Shown: piece by piece, positions 41,108-56,111 of the stretch
Layout of the letters: each line of letters starts with the position of its first letter
Numbering within the stretch: the first letter of the stretch is position 1
Assembly: GCA_012295275.1 (NCBI GenBank)
Contig: CM022675.1
Coordinates: 5,704,001 to 5,768,000 of the forward strand
Length of the DNA: 64,000 nt
DNA from: Chrysomallon squamiferum
Taxonomy: Eukaryota; Animalia; Mollusca
Reading direction: 5' to 3'
Translations under genes and position numbers: made by a program
The notes under the pieces: generated by a model
The model's database searches: none
Told to the model about the DNA's origin: nothing
The model's input: only the letters and a program-made list of their open reading frames with translations

Positions 41108-44100
41108 TCTCCTCTTTTTATAGCTGTGAACTCTCAACAGAACAAAGTAGTTTTGTATTTGCTGGAACATGGAGCCGATCCTAATTTAACAGACAGATAT
41201 AAGAATTCTTCTTTACACATAGCAGCTAAAATTAGAAATATAGAAACTGTGAAAACTCTGATTGAGAAAGGTGCTAAAGTGAATATTGTAAACATAGAAC
41301 ATAAAACTCCTCTATATACAGCTGTATACAACAGACAGAACGAAGTTGCTGATTATTTACTGCAACATGGAGCTGACCCTGAATTAAAAGACAGATATAA
41401 TAATTCTGTTTTACACACAGCAGCTAAACAAGGATATGTAGACATTGTGAGAACATTGATAAAATACGGTGTTGATATCAGTATTAGAAACAATGAAGGT
41501 AAAACTCCTCTTTTCACAGCTCATCTCTACAAACAGAACAATGTAGTTCTCTGTTTACTAGAACATGGAGCTGATCCTCATTTAATAGACAGATGTAACA
41601 ATTTTGTTTTACACATAGCGGCTAAAGAAGGAAATATAGAACGTGTGACAGCACTGGTAAAAAACGGTGTTGATAAGAATATTAGAAACAATGAAGGTAA
41701 AACTCCTCTTTCTACAGCTCATTTCTTCAAACAAAACAAAGTAGTTTTGTGTTTACTGAAACATGGAGCTGATCCTCATTTAAAGGACAATGACAACAAT
41801 TCTGTTTTACACATAGCAGCTAAGGAGGGAAATATAAAATTTGTCACAGCATTGATCAATGAAAGTGTTGATATAAATATTAAAAACAATAAAGGTGAAA
41901 CTCCTCTTTTTGCAGCTGTTCTCTTCACACAGAACGATGTAGTTTTCTGGTTGCTGGAACATGGAGCCGATCCTCATTTAAAAGACAATGACAACAATTC
42001 TGTTTTACACATAGCAGCTAAAAAGGGAAATACAGAGATTGTCAGAGCATTGATTAATAAAAGTGTTGATGTGAATATCAAAAACAATAAAGGTGAAACT
42101 CCTCTTTTTACAGCTGTTCTCTTCACACAGAACGATGTAGTTTTGTGGTTGCTGGAACATGGAGCTGATCATCATTTAAAGGACAATGACAACAATTCTG
42201 TTTTACACATAGCGGCTAAAGAGCGAAATATAGAAATTGTCAGAGCATTGATTAATAAAAGTGTTGATGTGAATATTAAAAACAAAAAAGGTGAAACTCC
42301 TCTTCATCTAGCTGTGAACCGCAAACAGTCCAAAATAGTTTTGTGTTTGCTAGAACATGGAGCCGATCCTCATTTAAAGGACAATGACAACAATTCTGTT
42401 TTACACATAGCGGCTAAAGAGGGAAATACAGAGATTGTCAGAGCATTGATTAATAAAAGTGTTGATGTGAATATTAAAAACAATAAAGGTGAAACGCCTC
42501 TTTTGACAGCTGTTCATTACGTACAGAATAATGTAGTTTTGTGTTTACTGGAACTTGGAGCTGATCCTCATTTAAAGGACAATGACAACAATTCTGTTTT
42601 ACACAGAACAGCTGAACAGGGAAATATAGAAATTGTCAGAGCATTGATTAATAAAAGTGTTGATGTGAATATTAAAAACAAAAAAGGTGAAACTCCTCTT
42701 CATCTAGCTGTGAACCGCAAACAGTCCAAAATAGTTTTGTGTTTGCTAGAACATGGAGCCGATCCTCATTTAAAGGACAATGACAACAATTCTGTTTTAC
42801 ACATAGCGGCTAAAGAGGGAAATACAGAGATTGTCAGAGCATTGATTAATAAAAGTGTTGATGTGAATATTAAAAACAATAAAGGTGAAACGCCTCTTTC
42901 TACAGCTCATTTCTACAAAGAGAACAATGTAGTTTTTTGTTTACTGGAACATGGAGCTGATCCTCATTTAAAGGACAATGACAACAATTCTGTTTTACAC
43001 ATAGCGGCTAAAGAGGGAAATACAGATATTGTCAGAGCATTGATTAATAAAAGTGTTGATGTGAATATTAAAAACAATAAAGGTGAAACGCCTCTTTTGA
43101 CAGCTGTTCATTACGTACAGAATAATGTAGTTTTGTGTTTACTGGAACTTGGAGCTGATCCTCATTTAAAGGACAATGACAACAATTCTGTTTTACACAG
43201 AACAGCTGAACAGGGAAATATAGAAATTGTCAGAGCATTGATTAATAAAAGTGTTGATGTGAATATTAAAAACAATAAAGGTGAAACGCCTCTTTCTACA
43301 GCTCATTTCTTCAGAGAAAACAAAGTAGTTCACTGTTTACTGAAACATGGAGCTGATCCTCATTTGAAAAACAGATTTAACAATTCTGTTTTACACATAG
43401 CAGCTAAAAAGGGAAATATAAAAATTGTCAGAGTATTGATCAATGAAAGTGTTGATATAAATATCAAAAACAATAAAGGTGAAACTCCTCTTTTTACAGC
43501 TGTTCTCTTCACACAGAACTATGTAGTTTTGTGGTTGCTGGAACATGGAGCCGATCCTCATTTAAAAGACAATGACAACAATTCTGTTTTACACATAGCA
43601 GCTAAAAAGGGAAATATAGAAATTGTCAGAGCATTGATTAAAAAAAGTGTTGATGTAAATATTAAAAACAATAAAGGTGAAACGCCTCTTTCTACAGCTC
43701 ATTTCTTCAAACAAAACAATGTAGTTCACTGTTTACTGGAATGTGGAGCTGATCCTCATTTGAAAAACAGATTTAACAATTCTGTTTTACACATAGCAGC
43801 TAAGGAGGGAAATAAAAAATTGTCAGAGCATTGACAAATGAAAGTGTTGACATGAATATTAAAAACAATAAAGGTGAAACTCCTCTTCTTGCAGCTGTTC
43901 TCTTCACACAGAACGATGTAGTTTTGTAGTTGCTGGAACATGGAGCCGATCCTCAGTTAAAAGACAATGACAACAATTCTGTTTTACACATAGCAGCTAA
44001 GGAGGGAAATACAGAGATTGTTAGAGCATTGATTAATAAAAGTGTTGATGTAAATATTATAAACAATGAATGTGAAACTCCTCTTCTTACAGCTATGAAA

Positions 44101-44290
44101 CACAAACAGTCCAAAATAGTTTTATGTTTACTGGAACATGGAGCTGATCCTAATTTAACGGACATTGACGAGAATTCAGCCTTAGATGTAGCAGCTGAAC
44201 ATGGATTAACAGAAGTTGTGATGACTCTTGTGGAAAGAGGTGTTGATGTATAAACTCGTAATATTATGGGGACAAAAACCTATCAAGATG
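41108..44290 (+). pseudogene. 5'-truncated ankyrin-array paralog (902-codon ORF 41126-43834, about 27 repeats, then a broken tail)
   Basis: 198-bp ANK doublets. Homology starts mid-repeat right after an (ATT)n tract with no NTPase upstream. A 1-nt deletion at about 43815, TGG>TAG at 43927 and a stop at 44251 break the tail. Use as a spliced terminal exon (ttttatag| at 41123) is not excluded. Confidence 0.8.
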
Positions 44291-46768
44291 GTTAGTGGTA
44301 GTTATATGATAGGAAAGAAAATTGTTTCCTATTTATTGAGTCATAGAAAATAAAATGATAAAAAGTATTTTGTATAAATAAAACTAAAAATAATAATATT
44401 TACTGCATCATGGAGACAAATGTAATTTGACTGGTGACAGGAAAAATGGTGACTTGTTCCAAAATGTGAAAAATGATTTTACATAGAACTGTAGAGGAGA
44501 CCATCAGCTATAAAATAAGATCAATATTTCTAAGACATCTCTAAAATTGACAAGAAAGTGTTCCGAATCCAGGTTTGACAGTATAGTCATCTTGGAGAAA
44601 ATTGACTTTAAAGAAGTTGTCATTTGCGATGTGTTTGAAATTCATAAATATATAGATTTTTTTTAATAATCAACAATAAAGAAATAACGAAGAATTTCAC
44701 TTTTATGTTTGTAAGTTAAGAAATATGAAAATGCTGTCATAACTTGGGTGTTTTATTATTCAAATTCTTTCTTTTTCGTTGTACTACCATATCTCATCAC
44801 AGAAGTCAGTTCTTTCATCACTGGTACTGGATTCGTCGCAGTCTGCTGGTTTTTGATGGGCTATATTCATTGCTTCTAGATGTGTTTATACAAATAGTGT
44901 TGGTGTTTCCTGTCCAGTCCTAGTGACATTATTATTTCTTTCGTTGGAGCTGTCTTAAATTAAGCAAGGTCACCAATTCTTGATCAGCATCAGAATATTT
45001 CTTCTCAAAAATGGAGCCTGGATTTAAAATCAGTGTATGAACAGTACAATGATTTTCTTACATTTATACTCAAGATACAGGGCTTTTTTTTTAGGGGATG
45101 GGTTGAGTGTTTCTTTTGTTTTTTTTACACCACTTGTGGAGTCTCCTTTGTTGATCAGAAAGGAACTTCCCAAAATAATCGAATTCTTTTCATAATATGT
45201 TAATGAAGCCATACACAATCTTAAATGATAAATGGTATTTTGGTCAAAAATTTCATAATGGGATTTTCCATCATTTATTTTGAATGCGTTTTTCTAGTTT
45301 CTCCAATTCTCTGATCCTTGACAACAAAAACAGTTCATTCCTTTAGAGATTCTAATAAATCGATTGTGTTTTTCTAGCACTATCAATGTAATCATCACTG
45401 ATCTTGTCAGTCCCTTTCTGGTTATCTGAATCATCATGAATTGAAACTCCATATTCATCACTACCTTCGTCAGAATCTGACAACAAACTGTTCACTTGGG
45501 TTTTGTCCAATATAATGTATATAATGAAAAACATTCTCGTAAATGAGGATTCAAAACAGAAGTATGTTGGGGATATCCTAATTGGGAGATGGGAGAATAT
45601 TATAATTTTAAAAGTGTGTTTTTCTTTATTTGGTTTACATAAAGAATGATCTTTATATAAAGAATCATCTATAATTAATGATGATTATCAATAGGACAGG
45701 GATACAAAGCAAATACATCTAAAAGACATTTCTTCTGAACTGAAAAAAACAACAACAAACAAACAAAAAACTACTTTATTATTAACTGTAAACTGCTATA
45801 AATCATTTAGCAAATGAAAGTGAAATAGAAAATCACTTATTTAAGCATGTGTTTTTTTGTGAAATGCGATGCTGTCTTTAGAATACCGAGAAAGCTTAGC
45901 ACAGAGTTCATACGCCAATCAACATACTGGATATGCCACACCATCTTCTGTATCTTGGCAACAAGACATTTTGTTTATCTTTATAAATTATTTACTTTCG
46001 TTGATCATGATATCACTGTTAATATGATAACAACTTCTACAAAATAACAAACAAGATATTTCTGGCTTTTCAGTGATAACAGGATATCGGGGATATCCCT
46101 GATAGAAGGGGCAAGATTATTATAATAATATTTTGTTCTTAGTTTTGTTCAGATAAATAATGATGATTGTTAGTATGAGACGATTACTAATTGCAGGTGT
46201 TAGATAATTTATATTATATACATTAACAAAACTGAGAATACTTAAAACAGAAGTGATATTCCTGTCGCTACTTTTGTATTTTATGAGTGACAACTGACTC
46301 AGTTTGCCGTCTCGAATAACATTTCACTGAATTCTTCTTCCCATTTTGAGACAGATTATTTAATCAAATGAAAATTAATATTCCAAAATAAATGTTCAAA
46401 TAGTTTTGTTTGAAACAGGTGTGGATAATAATGAATATAACTGTTGTTGTGAAGGAAACTAATTTATGTTTGTAATTTCTGAGGTATGAAGTTTATCTTA
46501 ATTATGTACTTCATTCTGATAGACATTGACTTGTGAAATATTTGTAACTGTTTCATCTGGCTTTATTGTTTATGTAATGTTTTCAGATAGTTATGTCTTA
46601 AAAATATGTACATTTTTTAACTGACTGGTTTTTATCTAATTTCTTATTTTTTGTTAAATTTTTTGTTTACTCAGTGTCTTTACTGAAAGTGCACTTCAAA
46701 AGTGAAAACAAAATTCTTGATACATATATGACGCCATTTTATTTATGTTTTTCATTATTATTATTATG

Positions 46769-46811
<43 letters not shown>

Positions 46812-48177
46812 GTTTTATGGATATGTTTAAAACATATCTCTCTCTTTGTTATTACTACTACTACTAACACTATATTGTTGATTTATGATGTATCTAATCC
46901 AGATATGATTCCAGTATATTTTCCTCTTGAATATATATTGTTTTTATGTATAATAATAATTGTTTTGACTTTGTTAAAATATTTCAGTTGAAACTCGAAT
47001 GTGTTTACTAAAAGTACACTTTGACATTGAAGACACTTATTTTTTTAAGAAGAAAACAAGCAAAAACTTTCTAGCCCTAACCCAATTTATTATTTTCATT
47101 AATATCATTTTTAATTTTTTTACTTTTTTTTTCTTTTTTTTTTTTTTTTGAACAGGATTTGGTATTAGCTTTTATTAATTACTTAGACTTGTTTTTTCTT
47201 TTTGTTGTATTGTTTAAAAAAGTGTTTTTATCTTTTGCTGTTGTTGTTATCACTACTCCTACTTTGTTGATTTATAATATATTTGTACAAATATGCTTCC
47301 ACTACATTTTCCTTGAATATTTTCTCGTATTTTTTATTTTTATGTTCAGTTGTTGTTTTCACTGTTAAAATACTTCAGCTGATGACATATTAAATTTGCA
47401 TTATTCCTGATGTTTTATCACATACCGATCTTAAAATATAATTTTTTAAATTAAACAGCATTTTTCCATTATAATACATGTGTATCTTATTGATTTTGAT
47501 GCATATATTTTGTTTATTTATTTTCAAGAACTGTTTGTCATTATTATTATTACCTTGGTGTAATTTTGTAGATTATTCCTAAAGTAATTTGCTTATTTAT
47601 TTAATTAGTTTTCTATCCTTTTATTTCTAACAATAATTTAGTATTCATTTAGTTACTATTTACATTTGTTGATTTAAGTAATTATTTCAAATGTATCAAG
47701 AAAGTAAATGTGTTAATTTTATTATAAAATTTAATTCACGTAATATATAAGAATTAATAGGTTAGCAGTCACAGAAGTAAATAAATAAAAACTGATTTAC
47801 ACAATCATGAAAGAGAAAATATTACAAAGTCTATTTCTTATGAGTTTGTCATCAAATGAAAAATAAACTAGGATTTAAGTTTTTATTATAGCATTTATAA
47901 TCGTTTCATTTAAGGAATCGCAGCTTAGTGTTTTTGATTGAGAAACTATTTTTGCTTTTATGATGTTGATGATGATTATTATTATTTGTTTATTTATTTT
48001 ATTTTATTGTTAAATTAATGTTTGGTGTTATTGTTTTGTTGTGTTTCTTTTCTATTTTTTTTTTGATTTTTTGTGGGTTTTTTTAAATTGAATTTCTTTT
48101 CATTTATGGCTAACATGTAATATTAGCTGCACAATTATATGAAATAGTGTGGACAACTGTAAAGTAATTGACACACA

Positions 48178-48212
<35 letters not shown>

Positions 48213-50256
48213 TAATTAGATGCCTCTTAGGGGGATTGCGTTATAGATAGACAGATACACATAGAGAAAAATAAAGAAAGATTATATATACATATATAGA
48301 AATGTACAAATTACGTAGATTTCATTATTACTATTATCATTTTTCTATACACTATTAACTATTAAATACAATAAATATTTTAATCTGAGTCTTCATGTAT
48401 TTTTTTTTCTTATTAGCATATTTTTACTTAAGTCTTTATTTATACATTATTAAAGAAATGGAATAACATTTTCAAAAATTGATTTTCCAAGCAGCAGCTA
48501 ATAATTTATATAAAACAAACCAAACTGGAAGTCTCTTGCAGAAGATGCTTTCTGCTACAATGAAACTTTTCTCTTGAACTTTATCATAACATATTTAGGT
48601 TCGGCATATTCATGTTCTGAAATAACTACTGTTTGTAAACATTTAACTGTTGTTTTCATTTTGCTCTGTCATTCTGAAGGAATCAGTATGTAGATTTCTG
48701 AAATCAGATCGATTGTTGATCATCAGCATGCATCTTGCTCTAAATGCACAAAACAAAGTAAACAGAGTAGGTTTTTATAAGTAGTATAAAAACAATAAAA
48801 TAAAAACAATAAATAAATAAGAACAACAACAATAATGAGAAATTAAATAAATAAGTACAAGAAAAAAGAGAAACGAACAATTAAAATAATTTTATAAATC
48901 AGAAATTAAGAAATAACATCAAAAGAAAAAAAAGAAAAAGAAAAACAACAAAATTCCATCTACTTAACAGCTATCAGTTAAAGGACTCAGAAAACAAACT
49001 GGTGTTACATGGTATATATAATTTATTCAATACAAAGGATAACTACACTGAACACGCTATTCTTGAATAAATTAGAATACAAGATCTAAAATGCTACTGT
49101 AGTTCTCTGAGTAATGTCGAGAAAAAAAACAAAAACAAGCTTCATGTGGAACATGTCAAATTTTCAATTTCAAAAAACATTTCAGCCATATACTCACAGA
49201 ATAACGACAACAAAAACAAATATAAATATACACTTGTAACAATATATGGAACACAAATAAAAATAAACACACACATGCCTTCACAACTGTCTTTCTCATA
49301 AACATACACAAAATGTTAAAACATGTAATAAAAAAATTAAGTGAGATATTTGTAAATCCATGTTTCATTTGAAGACAAAAGAAACTCTGGAATTATGTTC
49401 ACTTTACATTAATCTATCCAGACCAATATAATAAAATGTATAATGGAAAAATGAAACGGAGGAACAATTCTTCATAAACAAAGGAACTCTGTATTTACTG
49501 TGACTTACATTAATCTACCTGTCAGTCTAATATAGGTAAACAGGTAGACATAAAAATAAAATTTAAACAAAAAGAGAAAGAAATGAAACACATTGACTCC
49601 TTTACAAACAAACAAAAAATTAAATGAACAAAAATGTGCAAAAACCGAAGACTTTAAAAAAGCCATTCATCTTTAAAAAAACTGGAAAGATAACCAACAT
49701 CAAAAGAATGCTTGATGTTTTAAAAATACTATAAAATATTGATAAAAGTTCCTCTTCTATTCATATTTTCATTAATACAGTGTACGATATTAAAACAATT
49801 TCATAAGTTCAAATATAGATTTTGAGAATAAAAAGCAAATATCCCCCATTACTATTGCTCAAAAACATTTATAAAAAGCACCAGTAATTCATAAGTTCAA
49901 AATGAACATACATATAAAATAGAATTTTCTAACAAACATATTGATATGATGTGAAAATAATACACGTGATGAAAAACGTTTATACTACAGTATTTTAGTA
50001 AATTAGTAACATTCTTTCTTTTTCCCATCCTTCATTATTTGCAGTTTTTCTGTCCCTGTCACATTCTTTCTATGCAAAATCTAGCGTACAAAAACAGTTT
50101 ATAATCGTAAGTAGAACTTATACATAAAGCACTTTAAGAAAAACTGCAAAGTCAATCATTTTATTTTTTACCATATAAATAATGATAACACTGCAGAAAT
50201 ATACGATATGGTTGCGTACTGTTGGCACTTATTGGATTAAGACATAGACACACGCC

Positions 50257-50260
<4 letters not shown>
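44290..50260. repeat. Inverted segmental duplication of the 3' flank of the STAND-ankyrin gene (about 9650-16440)
   Basis: Collinear reverse-complement matches: 45790-46030/15360-15605, 46150-46630/13720-14210, 47790-47840/11955-12010, 48350-48600/11065-11335, 49690-50155/9735-10200. Confidence 0.85.
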
Positions 50261-50305
<45 letters not shown>

Positions 50306-50564
50306 ACACACACACACACACACGTAATGTATTTATGTATTAAAAACAAAATCATCAAAACAGCACAATGTAAATCAGTGCACATTAACAGATAAACGTG
50401 TATTCATGATGTTATTGAAAATAAATGCCGAATAAGGCATCTACAATATTTAAAATGTTTAATGTGAAGACAGTAAAACAGTAAGTAATCAAATACAGTT
50501 TTATCAAAACTGATGTCTAAAGAGTGTATTGCAGTAAAGTCAGTTAAAGTAAACACCTCATTGT

Positions 50565-50647
<83 letters not shown>

Positions 50648-51726
50648 TTCTCGTCTCTCTCTCATACACACACACTCACACACACACACACATGCACAGA
50701 CATACACACACACACACACACAGAAACAGAAACAAAGAAATACTGAGAGCAATGCACAGAAGACATAAGCACCAGAAATTAGAATAATTAACTCTAGAGA
50801 TCTGTTTTTCTCTGACATGATAACTAATATAACATCTTTAAAATACTGGGTCTAAAAATAAACATGTCTACTCAAATAAAATTAAATTAAAAACAAGTAA
50901 AACGCTTTAAAAGCTAGCTATACATCAAGATGATGTACGTACGAAAAATACAAAAACGAGGTAAAATATTATTGCATAAACATTTGGTGAAAATGAAAAT
51001 GCACAACAAGGGGCTCTCAGAGATAACTCTTTCTGTGGAGGGACGTCTGAGTCAGCAGGGCAGGTAACTCCAGATTCAAGGAAACCTGGAGAGTTCCATT
51101 TCAACTGTTTTTCAGAGCATAATTACACTATATATGAATGTTTATCATAAAGAATTTTAAATAAAGATGTTTGTGTGTGTGTGTATGTTTCCTGTCTTAC
51201 TATACTACCAAAATGTGTTGATCTGACTATTCATATACATACCCATGTGTTTATAGTTTTTAAGAATGTATATAATAATAATAATAAAAATGATAATAAC
51301 AACAACAACAATGAAATATTAATAATACAAACAACAACAATGATAATAAAATCTTACTTGACAAACTTCCTAGCAGTTTGGACAAATAAGATATCATTTG
51401 TGAAGATAACTCTGTGAGACATACAGTACTTTAATTATCTCCCTTTTTTATAATAGCGATCTGCATTTTCTTCTACAAATATTGTCAAACCAACGTCAGC
51501 ACTGCATTTGTACTGGAAAAAAAACCAGAAAAAGGAAACAACAGTAATAAATAATGTTGAAACAAGCCAATCACCTCTGAGAAGTTTTAGTCATTCAGTT
51601 TTTATCGAGACGAAGCCAGTTATACATCTACCTTCAAAATTATATATTCTTTTCCTTCCTTATGTCCATAAAAATAAAATTCTTGTTAAAAAAAAGTTTT
51701 CACATTTTCCAATATTCCGATTCTTT

Positions 51727-53445
51727 CATCGTGCAAAAGATTTTGGTTTTCCACCTTATCCGGACGATGTGAGTACAATTTCTTTCATTCATAGATCGAA
51801 AGAGAAAATGCAAAAGAGAAAGAAGTCGTATTCCATCTGTCCGTCTGATAAGGTGAGTTGTCCCGAGTACACACACATGCACGTGCTATGAAATAGGTTT
51901 TATAAAGTGATGAAATTCAGTGATCTTACTATTAAAAAGATGAAAAATTATCTGTTGGCCCGAAACAATGTATTCAGTCTATCTTTTGAAAGAGTAGATG
52001 GTGAGGATCTTATGGAAGGTTTGTCTGTACTTAGGAGGCACGAATACATCTTTCTCGGATCAACTGACCCTCATTTATTGGGAATGTATAAAAGAACATT
52101 ACCTTGTAATGATAAAAAGGCCAGTGATTATTTATATTTAGTAAAGAATATAAATAAGCCAATAGAAGAAAAGAATAAAGTGAGCTTACGAGCATTGTAT
52201 GTACCTTATGTATTATTCAAGTCTACTACTTTTTGTAAGACATATTTAGTGGGGAGTTTTGGAAAAGAAGAAGCAGAAAAGATTATTAAAGAGTGTTGTC
52301 TGAATATTAAGAAATAAATTTAATGAATTACTTAAAAGTAAAAAGACTTGATGAAATAGTTTAAAATAATATACATTTCTTTATATACTTATTTATTTAT
52401 TTATTTATTTATTATTTAACTTTTATTTTATTTTTATTTTGATCGTATATTTTATTAAATGGTGATATGTACTTAATTATCATATTTTTATTGTATTATC
52501 TTTATTGATTGTAATATATTATTTTTATATTTCCTTGTAATTTAATGTGATTTTGAAAAATGAATTGTAATAAATGATATAAATTATACCATTCACTGTT
52601 ATTAATTAAAGTATTTTCATTTTATTTATAAATTCAAAATTGTGAATAATGTATTATTCAATATCTATTATTGATAAGTATTTTAATTTTATTTATTCTT
52701 TAATAATTATGCATCAATAAAATTTATCTTATATTTTATTTTATGCATGCCGTCAACTGAGTAATAATACTGGCGGAAATGGCCTTTCCGACCTTACATA
52801 ATGTCGTGTAATAGGAAGACTTCCAGTTCTTCTTTAATTCAGTCGGCGTGAGAGGAGAGAACTCCTGAAAATGGAGTTGTCGCCCTTGATGAGAGTTATC
52901 TGCGCGTAGTTCAGTCTGATACTGTAAGATTTTAGACTCAATCTTTTAAGTCGTATGTGCGCTCATTAACTGTGATGATAGCAAATTCTTTGCAGAAGCT
53001 TCATTCCGACCCTGACACCGGGTTTTGACCCCACCGGAAGTCGGAAGCGTATAGGGAAGGCCGATTGGACCAATCTGATCGTTTGAAATGGCCTATATAG
53101 CGTTGGTCTGGAACGTACATAAACTGAGAACAGAAAGTGAATGCGTTGCAGCTTCGAGACAGAACCGACCTGTTTCTTGTAACTGCATAGACACTTAAAA
53201 TATTTTACAGAACGTAGATTTAATTTGTACACATAAGTTTTACAATGTTTGATTAAGTACAATTACATGTACTTACCTTTAACAGTTCAAAATAGGTGAT
53301 TGTACGATAAAATCCATCCTCGGAGAATGAAAATACAAGTTTTAATATCAGACTTATAGCACACATATACTGACAAAGTGGATTCTTATGAATATAAAGT
53401 TAATATAAATGATGAAAAAATTCAAACGAAAAATACCACCACTGT
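51727..53445 (+). mobile_element. Second, 5'-truncated copy of the same element (homologous to 6718-8384)
   Basis: ORFs 51727-51891 and 51907-52317 are nearly identical to 6718-7308. The downstream AT-rich tail and GC-rich promoter-like block are also shared up to aaataccaccactgt. Confidence 0.8.
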
Positions 53446-53690
53446 ATATATCTATTTCAATGTCACGATGCACGTGCGTTAAAGCTGGTAGTTCTTGTGT
53501 ACGTCTTTATCCATGTCAGTTCTGCTACAGAACGTTCTGCTTTACAGGTTCCCACAGGTGACACACCGTTATATGAAATGTTGTGAACAGGTTTAGTTAC
53601 TGATATGTGTGTGTCTCTGTATGTTTTAAATATATGCTTATTTGTATGTATACATTATGCAGACACACACACATACACACATACACACAG

Positions 53691-53829
<139 letters not shown>

Positions 53830-56062
53830 CGAATGAATTGAATTTGCCAAGTCAAAGGATTAATAAGAATAACATTTGTAAGAAAGTGGGATCAAATAAA
53901 AAATGTGCAAATTATGTAGATTTCATTATAGTATTATGTATACATTTTTAACGCTTATGTGTTAAATAAAGTGGAAATATGCTAAAATGATTGAAAATAA
54001 AATATAATAAAGTCCACATGTATTTTGCTTTTTCTTACTAGCATATTTTTTATATAATATTCTGTATCTTACACATGATCAATAAATAGAATAAAATGTT
54101 TAAGCTTTTTGAAATTTCGCAATCCATCCAGTGCTCCATAATTTACATGAAACAAACTATATTTGAAGTTCTTGCAAAAGATACCTTTCTGCTAGAATGA
54201 AAAGGATAAAACACTGCCCGTTTTCACTTGAAATTTATCATTATATATTTAGGTTTACCGCATAACTATTAGGTGTTCTGAAATACATACCGTTTGTAAC
54301 TTATTCATTTGTTCATTGTGATCAAATTCATTACACTGAATGAAAGGTGACTATAATATCCAGGTGGATTGATCTTCCTGTGTCGTTCTGAAGAAGGAAT
54401 CGGTTTTTAGCGTGAAAGTGATAGTTCTGACTATTGAAATAGTGAATATTCTGAATATTCAGAAATTTGTTTCTGTTGCAGCTTGTGATGTCCATAATTT
54501 AGTTGCAGCTCAAAACCGACCAGTTGTAAATGAGATACATAATTTCAGCCATTTCACAGATAGTAACAAACCAATAAATCAAATGTTCCGTAAAATGAAC
54601 GAAGAAGATAAAACTGTTTATTTCTTTGCAATTGCTGTTTCAGTTATTTTGGTAGATTTTTAACTACACTCAGTTGTAAAAGAAATAAACATTTATTATT
54701 AGAAAAGTGACACTTCAGAGACTGTGTACATCAAGTCACTGGAGAACTCGGTAACATTTGTCATCACTACAATTAACAAAATGGCGGGAGAAATGATTGC
54801 TGGTTCACTCTGCCTTGTTTCCAATGTTTCCTTTACCAAACGAAAAAGTTGAAGTCAAAGAAAGTAAAGAATAATAATAATAAAAGAAAATACACAACTA
54901 TAACTGAGATATTTGCGTCAATCATTTGCATGCTTACGTTTAATGCTTTGAATGTAACACACACACACACACACACACACATACACACACACACATATAC
55001 ACATACACACACACACATACATACAGACATTCTCACAAAAGAAAAAAAATGACTATAATTATTTCTTTTCAATAAAGGTAAATGAATAAAAATACGACTA
55101 TTCGGATGTAAAATCGGAGAGGGATTAGATAAATAGAAACGAAAACTTTACATAAACCTAGTCCAATAAAATTCACATAGTTTGTTACGGAAATTAAGAG
55201 CAAATCAAAATAACTATTTAACGAAATCTAATTTTAATCTTATCTGCTTCCATTTAAAACTAATTCGTGATGACATTTTTCTAATACAAGAACAAGAAGA
55301 AAAACGTTACCTCATACAGTTTTATTACAAGTGTTTGGCAGTGTTGACAAATCTTAATTTACTGCTCTATGTATTTATTACTGATATACAACATTCATGA
55401 ACAAACTGTATCCCGCGGGGCTGTCTGAATGACACACCGAATTTCACGAGGAAAATAATGTTGTTGTTTTCTTTTCTCATGCGGTACAGTTCTCGAGAAA
55501 GGTAGCCTGTGTCATACACATATGAATCCCGTTTGCAGCAAGGAATGCCAGGAATGTGTAAGCACCCATCCCCATGTATTCTGCCGAGATCCGTCCGTAT
55601 ACATGTAAGAAAAATTAAAATAGGTCGAAGACGTGAACTGTATGGCGGTTTAAGTTATGGCGGTTCCATGCCGTATTACGCAGGAGAAGTGAGCTGTATC
55701 GTAACCAATGCCGTTATTTTTTCCGCTGGTCCGTTCTGAAAGATCCTAACTTAATTGTCTCCCTTACCAGTTTACTTCCCAGTATTCAGAAAATTCATCT
55801 CCTGCATTCTAGAGTTAAACAAAATTTAGGTGGGTAGGATACACCTAGAAATTTCCGCACTTTTAGCCGTCGGTATACATTTCTGCATATGTTCCTCCGT
55901 GTGTGTGTGACACGGCATTTCAGTGATGTGTTTCCTACACTTAGATATTACAGGAATTCTCGCAAGAAAAGACGATACGAGTTCGGTACGTGAAAGTTTC
56001 TGTGCTAAACCTCTTTTTTCCGCTGATACATTCTCGTAGGCTCTAACTTTATTATTTCCCCC

Positions 56063-56111
<49 letters not shown>

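Noticed and set aside
54778-54790. Isolated AAAATGGCGG (YY1-like) motif as a promoter
   Set aside because: No convincing associated exon or downstream gene.
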